From an uncultured Phycisphaera sp. (GTDB taxonomy: Bacteria; Planctomycetota; Phycisphaerae; Phycisphaerales; SM1A02), in the NCBI GenBank assembly GCA_937919685.1, contig CALFOM010000095.1:4285-68284 (forward strand): a DNA stretch of 64,000 nt, written 5' to 3'. The notes below the pieces were generated by a model. It saw nothing but the letters and a program-made list of their open reading frames with translations, made no database searches and was not told the origin of the DNA. A program made the position numbers and the translations under genes. Of this stretch, positions 20,627-28,545 are shown piece by piece; positions within the stretch are counted from its first letter, which is position 1; every line of letters begins with the position of its first letter.

Positions 20627-21564
20627 GCCCTCGACTCCACCACTCGTCCATCCTCGAGTCGGACGATCCGATCCGCATATTCGGCGACTGCGGGATCATG
20701 GGTGACCATGACGATGGTCAGACCCGCATCGTGCCGCTTTTTGAGTAGGTCGAGGATGTCTCTCCCCGTCGTGGCGTCGAGATTTCCAGTTGGTTCATCG
20801 GCCATCAGAATGCTGGGTTCGCTCGCAAGCGCGCGGGCGATCGCGGTTCGTTGTCGCTCACCGCCCGAGAGTTGGCTCGGTCGATGACGAAGCCGATGGC
20901 CGAGCCCGAATTCTTCGAGCGTGTGACGCGAGATTGCGGCTTGCGGTCCGTGGCGGAGCCGCGAGCGTTCCGCAAGCACCTGTCCGAGTTGGAAGAGCAC
21001 CACGCCGATGGCGGCGCCGAGCACGCCACAGGTCAAGGCCAGCAGTGCGATCTTGGATGGGGTGGGGGCATCAGCGGTGGGGAGAATCTCGACACCGAAG
21101 GTCGAGCCTACGGCGGCACCGACGCCACCGCCGATCACCGCGGCCAAGAGCGGCAACGTCGCGGAGAACCAGCGGTTGGGTACGAGGCAAGGAAGCATCG
21201 CGTTCTCGAGCACCGAGAGTTCGGGGAGCAGATGGTAGAACTGGAAAACGAAGCCGACGCTTCGGTTCCGGTAGGTATTCAGTTCGGCGCCGCCGAAGTC
21301 GCTGACCCGTCGGCCTTCGAAGCGGATCATGCCACCGTCGCGATCGGGTCGGTCAAGTCCACCAAGCAGATGGAGCAGGGTGCTCTTGCCGCTCCCGCTG
21401 GCGCCAAGAATCGCGATCCACTCGCCGGATCGAACTTCGATGGATGCATCCTTGAGAACCAGCACCGGGACTCGACCCATTCGATACGTCTTGCGCAATT
21501 CGCTCGCGACGAGCACGGGCTCGCGGGCGGCGTCTGAGGAAGATTGGTCGTGAGAGGCGTTCAT
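20623..21564 (-). CDS. ABC transporter ATP-binding protein (LolD/MacB type) with an internal double hydrophobic insertion
   Basis: ORF 20623..21948. The ATG at 21564 overlaps the permease stop (ATGA). Walker A GASGSGKST, Q-loop FQFYHLLP, signature LSGGERQR, Walker B ILMADEPTGNLD and H-loop VTHD are all present. About 70 extra residues sit between ENAMLPCLVP and EEFGLGHRLRHRPSQ. Confidence 0.85.
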   Translation of the reverse strand: MNASHDQSSSDAAREPVLVASELRKTYRMGRVPVLVLKDASIEVRSGEWIAILGASGSGKSTLLHLLGGLDRPDRDGGMIRFEGRRVSDFGGAELNTYRNRSVGFVFQFYHLLPELSVLENAMLPCLVPNRWFSATLPLLAAVIGGGVGAAVGSTFGVEILPTADAPTPSKIALLALTCGVLGAAIGVVLFQLGQVLAERSRLRHGPQAAISRHTLEEFGLGHRLRHRPSQLSGGERQRTAIARALASEPSILMADEPTGNLDATTGRDILDLLKKRHDAGLTIVMVTHDPAVAEYADRIVRLEDGRVVESRA

Positions 21565-23261
21565 TCGTATCGAAGTGCTTTGACGGGGTCGGTGTCTGCG
21601 GCCTTGGCGGCGGGAATCGCGGCCCCGAGGACGCTGAAGACGATGGCGCCAGCCATCGTGAGGATGGCGCTGGACCAATCGACCTGATTGGGGATGGAAT
21701 TGAAGTAATAGACCGCGGGATCCCACATCAGGAATCCCTGGTGAAGAAGCAGGGCCGTACCGACGCCGGACAGAAGCAGGGCGCCGACGATCGACAGGAG
21801 GGTGCGAAGCATGCCGCCGCGCAGGCCGGCGTGGATCGCGGTGGCCAACATGACGGCCGCCAGTGAGAACGCGGTGATCCAGGTCCAACCGGGGGCCGGT
21901 TCGCCCATGGCTTCGTGGATGGCGTTGATGTTGACGACCACGGTCCAACCCAGCAGAGCGCCGAGGACCGCGCCGACGAGACCGATCACCAGGCCGTAGG
22001 CGAGAAAGACCCCGAGCACGCCTGGTCGCGAGGCTCCGATCGCCCGAAGGATGCCGATGTCTCGCGTCTTCTCGTGGACGATCGACCAGAAGATGGAGAG
22101 CACGAGGCCCGCGCAGACGAGATAGACGATCGAGAACAGGATCCGCATCAACTCGCGTTCCTTCTCGACCGGGCCGATGAGATCACGCAACTGCTCCCGC
22201 CAGGTGCGGATACCCACGAAGGCTTGGTCGGGCGGGCGGATGGTCATGGCGTCTTCGTCGTCGATTCTCGCGGCGAATGCGGCGTAGGCGAGATTGACGG
22301 CATCACGCAACGCTTCGGGCGAGACGCCGTCGGCCGCGCGGACCAGGACCATCTGCACCCGCGCGGGATAGGTTCCGATGCGTTCCAATTCGCCGGTCTC
22401 GTCGAGCAGTCGAGTGTCGTAGATCGGGGCGGCTTCGAGGCCGAGCATGCGTTGGCCGGTCTCCAGCCCGATCATCGCCCGGCGGGAGTCGATCTGATAG
22501 ACGCCAGACTGGAATTCGTTGGCGACATCGAATCGTCGGTTGTCCGGTTTTTCGAGGGCGCCGCTCGTTGAGATCGGGATGAGGGTGATCTCGACATCTC
22601 GGAACGGCATCCAGAACGCCGGCGCCTTCACCTCGTAGGAGCCGTCCATCCTTCGGACTTTTGCGGCGGAGTCGATTTCGACACCGAGGATGACGCCCGG
22701 ATCACCGCCAGCGGATCCGGGGTCGAGTCGCGGCAACTCGTCGAAGACTGGAATCTCCAGACCGTTCATGTCTTCGGCGAATTTCCGCACTTCCGGCGGA
22801 GTGTCCGTCCAGACCAGACTGTCCTTGAAATCGACGACCTGATCGAAACTCGCGGGATCGATTCCCCACACCTGGACGCCTTCGGTTCGGTTCCCGTAAG
22901 GAAGTTTCAAGAGTCCGAAGCTCTCGACTACCGGCGTCGCCGCCAGGGCTTCCGGGCGTGACTCAATCTCCTCGATCAACAGGTCGTAGTGAGGGATGCC
23001 CGGATCGGCGTACCGGATGATGACGTCGCCCATCAAGGTCCGGCCCGAATTCAGCAGCATGTCGAGAAACCCCGACATGACGCTTACCACGATGATCACC
23101 AGGCCGACGCAGAGGGCGACGGCGGCCACCGCGATGAGGGGAATGATCCGGCTGCCGAGGTATCGATTGGCGAGGAGCGGTTGGTACACGAGGATCTGGA
23201 CTCGCGGGAGGCGGAAGCGTAGGGAATCAGGTCGCGGGTGGCCTGACTTCGTCGACATCAT
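21561..23261 (-). CDS. ABC transporter permease, FtsX/LolC-E/MacB family
   Basis: The order is an N-terminal TM, a roughly 300-aa periplasmic domain, then a C-terminal FtsX domain (TRDIGILRAIGASRPGVLGVFL ... AAIPAAKAADTDPVKALRYE). There are extra hydrophobic segments before the last TM. Confidence 0.8.
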   Translation of the reverse strand: MMSTKSGHPRPDSLRFRLPRVQILVYQPLLANRYLGSRIIPLIAVAAVALCVGLVIIVVSVMSGFLDMLLNSGRTLMGDVIIRYADPGIPHYDLLIEEIESRPEALAATPVVESFGLLKLPYGNRTEGVQVWGIDPASFDQVVDFKDSLVWTDTPPEVRKFAEDMNGLEIPVFDELPRLDPGSAGGDPGVILGVEIDSAAKVRRMDGSYEVKAPAFWMPFRDVEITLIPISTSGALEKPDNRRFDVANEFQSGVYQIDSRRAMIGLETGQRMLGLEAAPIYDTRLLDETGELERIGTYPARVQMVLVRAADGVSPEALRDAVNLAYAAFAARIDDEDAMTIRPPDQAFVGIRTWREQLRDLIGPVEKERELMRILFSIVYLVCAGLVLSIFWSIVHEKTRDIGILRAIGASRPGVLGVFLAYGLVIGLVGAVLGALLGWTVVVNINAIHEAMGEPAPGWTWITAFSLAAVMLATAIHAGLRGGMLRTLLSIVGALLLSGVGTALLLHQGFLMWDPAVYYFNSIPNQVDWSSAILTMAGAIVFSVLGAAIPAAKAADTDPVKALRYE

Positions 23262-24018
23262 CCTCGATCGGACGGCTTCGTGTCGCGATGCCGAACTCGA
23301 TCAGCAGATCGGGCGGTGTGCCGATGTCGATGATCTTGATTCTCCCCGTCCAGGCGACGGAATCCGGGTTCAACATGCCGAGCTTCGGTGCGACCATGGT
23401 CGCAGTCACATCAGCCCGGATACAGGGCCCCAGCGGTCTTCCGGTGTCGGCATCCAGTCCGCTGGGGACATCGACCGCGACGATTGTCGCCGCGCTCTGG
23501 TTGATGAAGTCGACGAGTGCCTCGGCCTCTCTTCCGATCAGGGGTCGGTTCAATCCAGTGCCGAAGACCGCATCGACCACGAGGGTGTTTTGGAGATCTG
23601 GCCAGGATTCGGGTTCCGTCGGTCTCGAGGGGTCGGGTTTGCCTCCGACCAAAGAAGTGGAGGAGCGAACCGGAAGGCCCATCTCCAAGACGATTCGTTG
23701 GTTGATGGCGGCATCAGTCCCCGCTCGGGAGCATCCCGTGGTGACGATTCTGACCTTGATGCCACGATTGGCGAGCAGACGAGCGACCGCCCATCCATCG
23801 CCGCCGTTGTTTCCAGTGCCACAGACGATGGTGACTGCCGCGAGGTCGGCGTCGATCCGAACCTGTTCGACGAGATGGGCGATCCCGATCGCGGCATGCT
23901 CCATCAGGAGGATCCCCGGCATCCCCAGCCGTTGGATCGCGGTCGCATCGAGCAGCCGAGCGGCGGCTCGATCGAGCACCAAATCAAACTCAGGCGGATA
24001 TTCCGAAGTCCCGGCCAT
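23227..24018 (-). CDS. NAD(P)H-hydrate epimerase (YjeF N-terminal domain only)
   Basis: This is the lower part of ORF 23227..24705. The start is MAGTSEYPPEFDL at 24018. Motifs include CGTGNNGGDGWAVARLL, DAVFGTGL and VDVPSGLDADTG. Its 3' end overlaps the permease start by 35 nt. Confidence 0.8.
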   Translation of the reverse strand: MAGTSEYPPEFDLVLDRAAARLLDATAIQRLGMPGILLMEHAAIGIAHLVEQVRIDADLAAVTIVCGTGNNGGDGWAVARLLANRGIKVRIVTTGCSRAGTDAAINQRIVLEMGLPVRSSTSLVGGKPDPSRPTEPESWPDLQNTLVVDAVFGTGLNRPLIGREAEALVDFINQSAATIVAVDVPSGLDADTGRPLGPCIRADVTATMVAPKLGMLNPDSVAWTGRIKIIDIGTPPDLLIEFGIATRSRPIEDDVDEVRPPAT

Positions 24019-24096
24019 CGGTGGATTGTATGGGACGCGGCTTCGAGGCCATCGGTCGACCCGACGATCCGTGTGGACTCGTACCATGCGAGACCC

Positions 24097-25299
24097 ATGT
24101 CCCTCGTGATCAGCGTCACCACCATCGTCTTCGCGGTACTCGCCGCCGCCACTGCCATCTACTGGGGGTTCGTCTTCGGTCGTCTGGTGCGGCTCTCTCG
24201 CCATACTCCCGAGCTTCGCGATGGACTTCAGCTGGCCGTCGTCGACGAGATGGTCTCGATCATCGTCCCGGCGCATGATGAGGCGCGGGTGATCGATCGC
24301 ATGGTCAGGTCGATGCGGTCCCAGGAAGACATGAAGATCGAGTTGATCGTGGTGCTCGATCGCTGCACGGACGACACGTTCGACCGGCTTACCGCGGCGG
24401 CTGACGGGGATCCACGTGTTCGAATCGTCGTGAATGACGCGTGCCCCGAAGGATGGGCGGGCAAGTGCAATGCGGCGGCGGTCGGCGCGGCCGAAGCGAC
24501 CGGCGATTGGGTTCTGTTCACCGACGCCGATGTGCATTTCGATCCGGGAGTGGTGCGGGCTGCGGTTTCGATCGCCGCCGAGAACAAGGTCGACCTGCTG
24601 AGCGCCTATACAAGGCTCACCTCCGGGCACTGGTGGGAGATCATCGTCCAGCCGCCCGCGGCGATCACGCTCCTGCGGATGTTTCCGCCGGATCGCGTCA
24701 ACCATGAAGAGCGACCTCGATCCTTCGCCAACGGGCAGTTCATGTTGTTCCGTCGCGAGTCATACGACCGACTCGGAGGGCATGCCGTCGTGAAGGACGA
24801 TCTGCTCGAGGACCTGGCCTTCGCAAAGGCGGTTCATCGCACCGGTGGACGGGTGCGCGTGGTCCACTCCGACACCATGATCCAAACCAGCATGTACGAA
24901 TCGCTCGAAGATCTTCTCTCGGGTTGGCGACGCATTTTCATCGAGTCTTGCCATCGCAACATCGGACGATTGAATCGAAACGTGATCCGCGTCGCTGGTG
25001 CCGGGCTCGGGCCAGTCGCGTCGCTGTTCGGCGTGCTTATGGGGTTCCTCTCGCTCGGGCAGGATGAATACTGGATCGGGATCGCGGGAATCGCCGGAGG
25101 GGTCTCTGGGGTCGCAATTTCGGGGATGACGCTCGCGGTGATCTTCGGGCGAGGCGGCATGCCTCGAATCGGGATTCTAGGATGGCCGATCGGTTGTCTT
25201 TTGGTTGCCGGAACGTTGCGTCGAGGCGCGGTTGACCTGGCGAAGGGGCGTCCGATTCGATGGGGCGGGCGTGAGTATGTCATCGAACCGGGCGGTTAG
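24097..25299 (+). CDS. family 2 glycosyltransferase with C-terminal membrane helices
   Basis: This is the C-terminal 400 aa of ORF 22996..25299. The start is MSLVISVTTIVFAVL at 24097. Motifs include VSIIVPAHDE, FTDADV (DxD) and NGQFMLFRRESYDRLGGH. Confidence 0.8.
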   Translation: MSLVISVTTIVFAVLAAATAIYWGFVFGRLVRLSRHTPELRDGLQLAVVDEMVSIIVPAHDEARVIDRMVRSMRSQEDMKIELIVVLDRCTDDTFDRLTAAADGDPRVRIVVNDACPEGWAGKCNAAAVGAAEATGDWVLFTDADVHFDPGVVRAAVSIAAENKVDLLSAYTRLTSGHWWEIIVQPPAAITLLRMFPPDRVNHEERPRSFANGQFMLFRRESYDRLGGHAVVKDDLLEDLAFAKAVHRTGGRVRVVHSDTMIQTSMYESLEDLLSGWRRIFIESCHRNIGRLNRNVIRVAGAGLGPVASLFGVLMGFLSLGQDEYWIGIAGIAGGVSGVAISGMTLAVIFGRGGMPRIGILGWPIGCLLVAGTLRRGAVDLAKGRPIRWGGREYVIEPGG

Positions 25300-25368
25300 A
25301 CGCGACCCGGCACCGGGTATCACGATTCTCGAATCTTCTTGAGCATTCAACTTCGAACGGAGCCTGAC

Positions 25369-26157
25369 GTGAAAATTCTGCTGACCAACGACGACGGCAT
25401 CGAGGCTCCCGGCATCCGCGCCCTCCACCGGGCCCTTCAGGGGCTCGGCGACGTCACGACCATCGCGCCGTATACCGTCCAATCAGCGACGAGCCATGGC
25501 GTCACCTTCCACGAACCGCTCATGGCTCACACCACGACCATGGAAGACGGCTCCGTCGGGCACGCCATCGACGGAAGGCCGGCGGATTGCGTGAAGGTCG
25601 CGTTGCGTTCGCTCTGGGCCGAGTTGCATGGTGAGGGAACGCGTCCGGACATCACGATCTCCGGGATGAACAGTGGTGCGAACGTCGGCATCAACATCAT
25701 CTATTCCGGTACCGTCGCCGCGGCCGTCGAGAGCGCCTTTCTCGGTGTCCCCTCGATCGCGGTGAGCCTGCATCTCGGTGACCGCACTCGGATCTTCTAC
25801 GACCGAGCCGCGGAGATCGCCCGCGAGGCGATCGATCTGATCTTGGCGCATCCACTTGATCCCCATGCGGTCATCAATGTGAACGTCCCGCGAACCGAGG
25901 TTGCCGACGCGCCGATGCCGCCGATCAGGGTCTGTGCGATGAACACCGCAGCCTCGGACGACGATTACGAAAAGCGAGCCAGTCCCGGCGGGCAGTCTTA
26001 CTACTGGGCCGCGGGGAACGGCATGGCGTTTATGCACACACATCCGGAGACGGACGTCGAGTTTCTGATGGACGGCTGCGTGACGGTGACGCCGATCGAA
26101 TTCGATTTGACCGACCATCCGAGGTTGCAGACTTGGCGAGAACGACTCGAAGGCTGA
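25369..26157 (+). CDS. surE: 5'/3'-nucleotidase SurE
   Basis: VKILLTNDDGIEAPGIRAL, SGMNSGANVG and YSGTVAAA. The GTG at 25369 follows GGAG with a 6-nt spacer (the ORF track starts at the TTG at 25339). Confidence 0.88.
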   Translation: MKILLTNDDGIEAPGIRALHRALQGLGDVTTIAPYTVQSATSHGVTFHEPLMAHTTTMEDGSVGHAIDGRPADCVKVALRSLWAELHGEGTRPDITISGMNSGANVGINIIYSGTVAAAVESAFLGVPSIAVSLHLGDRTRIFYDRAAEIAREAIDLILAHPLDPHAVINVNVPRTEVADAPMPPIRVCAMNTAASDDDYEKRASPGGQSYYWAAGNGMAFMHTHPETDVEFLMDGCVTVTPIEFDLTDHPRLQTWRERLEG

Positions 26158-26188
26158 GCGGGCTCGATTCAGGATCGGAGACGTGAGT

Positions 26189-27367
26189 TCAGTTCAGGAG
26201 CAGTTGCAACTCGATCGTCACGGTCTCATCGCCGGTCAATTCTGTCAGTCGCTTCCCACTGGCCCGCCAGCGGAAGAGCATGTCTGTCAGATTCTCATCA
26301 AGTCTGTCTTCCCCACTCTTGACCACCAGACGTGCTCGGATGGGTTTTCCGGTCCGGTCGAACTCAATCCGAGCCACCGGATTGAAACTGGGCTGGTAGC
26401 TGAGCCAGGAGACGAGAGGAATGTTCGGCCGACGCGTTCGGATGTTCAGGCCCTGCGCGGCAAGGGGTTTCCCCTGCTTCCACTCCGAGGCCGGCACCCT
26501 GGTCAGGCTGGTCGCCTCGGCATCCTTGTCCGCTTCGTTTCCTGGTTCTTCAGAGGGCTCGCCTGGACCGTCGCCTTTGCCATCGCCGTCGCCGTCGGAT
26601 TCCGCGGGTTCGGGTTGCGGCTCCGGAGACGGTTGGGGTGTCGGAGTTGGTTCGGGGGAGGGCTTCGGCGCAGGATCCGGGGATGGCTCCGGGGTCGGAT
26701 TCTCTTCGGTCGGTGATTCTGGTGTGACGTCTTCCGTTGAGTCTTCTTCCGTTTTGTCTTCGTTCGTATCGTCCTTGGTCGTCGACTGCTCATCAGGAGT
26801 GGTGGTCGGATCGGGCGTGGCTTCGGTGTCTGAGGTACTGGACTCCTCGATCGTCTTCGAGTCGACGGGTTCCGGTTCCACTGTGGGTTGGATCTTCTCA
26901 TCGAGGAGAACCTCCGGATCGATGAGGATCTCAGGCAACTCCGTTTCGGGACTCGGGATCGTCATGGCCGGCGCCGCCGCAGAGGGCTGAGCGGATAACG
27001 GGATCGCGGGTGCGGCCGCTCGAGCGACCGCGGCGGACGGGTTGCTGGCAGCAGGGCTTCCGCCGCCCCCGGATCGCGGCGACGTGCTCATCGCGGCCTG
27101 TTCGACTTCCGACAGTCGGGCGAGATGTTCGACGTATTCTTCGTAGCCGATCCAAGTGAGGGTCTCGGCGTCACTCTCGTCGATGCCGAGCGGTTCGGCC
27201 GCCGTCTCTTCATCCTCCTGCTCGGTCGGGATTTCATGGTTGATCGCCTGAGACTGCCCGGTCGCGGTCGAGGCCCACAGGAAGATCGCAACGGCGATGG
27301 CATGCAAGAGTATCGACAGCAAGACCGCGGTCGGAACAGGGAGTGAATCTCTCGTAGCTCGGTGCAC
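26189..27367 (-). CDS. TonB-like energy-transducer protein
   Basis: The order is an N-terminal TM anchor (AVLLSILLHAIAVAIFLWA), a long Pro/Glu/Thr/Ser-rich spacer (PEPSPDPAPKPSPEPTPTPQPSPEPQPEP), and a C-terminal domain resembling TonB_C (ARIEFDRTGKPIRARLVVKSGEDRLDENLTDMLFRWR). The start codon is GTG. Confidence 0.65.
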   Translation of the reverse strand: MHRATRDSLPVPTAVLLSILLHAIAVAIFLWASTATGQSQAINHEIPTEQEDEETAAEPLGIDESDAETLTWIGYEEYVEHLARLSEVEQAAMSTSPRSGGGGSPAASNPSAAVARAAAPAIPLSAQPSAAAPAMTIPSPETELPEILIDPEVLLDEKIQPTVEPEPVDSKTIEESSTSDTEATPDPTTTPDEQSTTKDDTNEDKTEEDSTEDVTPESPTEENPTPEPSPDPAPKPSPEPTPTPQPSPEPQPEPAESDGDGDGKGDGPGEPSEEPGNEADKDAEATSLTRVPASEWKQGKPLAAQGLNIRTRRPNIPLVSWLSYQPSFNPVARIEFDRTGKPIRARLVVKSGEDRLDENLTDMLFRWRASGKRLTELTGDETVTIELQLLLN

Positions 27368-27685
27368 GAGGGAATGGTAGTTCAGGTGGATCGGGGGGGC
27401 CTCTGGATCGGCGAGCAGCCGCGGCGTTCCAGAGCTCCGACGGCACGGGATGGCTCGTGGAGGATGTCGGCTGGGCGGGACGAAACTCGCCTCTGGTCGT
27501 TCATTTGCGAGGAATTCGATGATCGGAACAGTGGAACGGACCAGCGTGTCGAAGTCGGGTTTTCGAAGAAAAGAACTCTAAAAAGGCGGGGGCCGGAGGC
27601 ACGAAAAGAAATCGCCAGATTCCGGGTCTCGTTGCCTCAAACCAAAAAAAGTGTCAATCGATCGAGAACCAGAGGTCGACCAGCG

Positions 27686-28180
27686 TCAATTCTCGGACGG
27701 CGTGTCGACGACCCGACCGACCATGCGGATCGGGATCTTGGCGAGTCGAAGCTGATTCCAGAGTTCCAGCAGCACCGGGATGCGATCGGTGGGGCCGACT
27801 TCGTCGGCGACCGCGAGGTAGAGGACGGTCTCCGGGTCGTCTTCGAGCGCCGCTTGAAGGGTGGGGACCACGGCTTCGAGGGTGATGGGTTCTCGATCCA
27901 GGAACATTCCGCCGCTGCCGTCGAGTGCGAGGGTTCGGGCCGGTGGCGGCGCGGCATTGGTGACCACCGCACCGGCTTCAAGGGGCTTGAGCTCAAGCGG
28001 TATGAGCTCGATCCGGTCCATGAGGACCATCGCATAGATGAAGAAGGTGAGCAGCAGGAATACCACATCGATCAGTGGCGTCAGCTCGACTCGAAAAGGC
28101 TGCTCGCTGCGACGCAGCCTCACCTTGCGGACTGGACCATCCGAAGCTGCGGTGGCGTTATGGATCGCGTCCTGGGTCAC
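27686..28180 (-). CDS. exbD: ExbD/TolR-family biopolymer transport protein
   Basis: ELTPLIDVVFLLLTFFIYAMVL TM motif, followed by a periplasmic domain (VLYLAVADEVGPTDRIPVLLELW). The GTG start overlaps the STAS stop (GTGA at 28177-28180). Confidence 0.8.
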   Translation of the reverse strand: MTQDAIHNATAASDGPVRKVRLRRSEQPFRVELTPLIDVVFLLLTFFIYAMVLMDRIELIPLELKPLEAGAVVTNAAPPPARTLALDGSGGMFLDREPITLEAVVPTLQAALEDDPETVLYLAVADEVGPTDRIPVLLELWNQLRLAKIPIRMVGRVVDTPSEN

Positions 28181-28527
28181 GCTTCAAGTTGGAGCGACGC
28201 GATCGCGGTGGCGGTGGCGTCATGGAATTCGAAGAGCTTGTCGAGCCCGGTCACGAGAATAACGCCCCAGACCTGATCGCGGACCGAGCAGATTCGCAGT
28301 CGGGCGCCACTGGCCGTGAGCCGCTTTCGAAGCCGAAGGAGTTGGGCGATGTTCGACGAATTGAGATAGTCGACTTCGGACAGATTGACGACCACGTCCG
28401 GCATGCCGCGGGATCCCTGCTCAGCATCTTCGACGATGGTCATCAGCGAGGACATGTCGTCGCTGAAGGTTGGTTCCTCGCCGGTTTCGGCAAGGATGAT
28501 TGTTTCGGACCATTCGTTGAGACTCAT
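28177..28527 (-). CDS. STAS-domain protein (SpoIIAA-like anti-sigma-factor antagonist)
   Basis: VVVNLSEVDYLNSSNIAQLLRLRKRL...RLRICSVRDQVWGVILVTGLDKLFEFH matches the STAS fold pattern, including the conserved Ser position. The ATG follows GGAGAGAG. It starts 18 nt after the gyrA stop. Confidence 0.8.
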   Translation of the reverse strand: MSLNEWSETIILAETGEEPTFSDDMSSLMTIVEDAEQGSRGMPDVVVNLSEVDYLNSSNIAQLLRLRKRLTASGARLRICSVRDQVWGVILVTGLDKLFEFHDATATAIASLQLEA

Positions 28528-28545
28528 GGGAACTCTCTCCAGAGA

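Noticed and set aside
22996-24096. N-terminal 367 codons of the 767-aa ORF 22996-25299
   Set aside because: This part is antisense to the ABC permease and the YjeF_N gene and is Arg/Ser/Asp-rich. The recognisable GT2 sequence begins at the internal ATG at 24097, directly with a TM helix.
24019-24705. Upper part of the 492-aa minus ORF 23227-24705
   Set aside because: It is antisense to the GT2 gene. The YjeF_N domain begins at MAGTSEYP (24018).
26421-26990. 189-aa plus-strand ORF rich in Ser/Gly/Val
   Set aside because: It is the antisense mirror of the Pro/Glu/Thr-rich spacer of the TonB-like gene.
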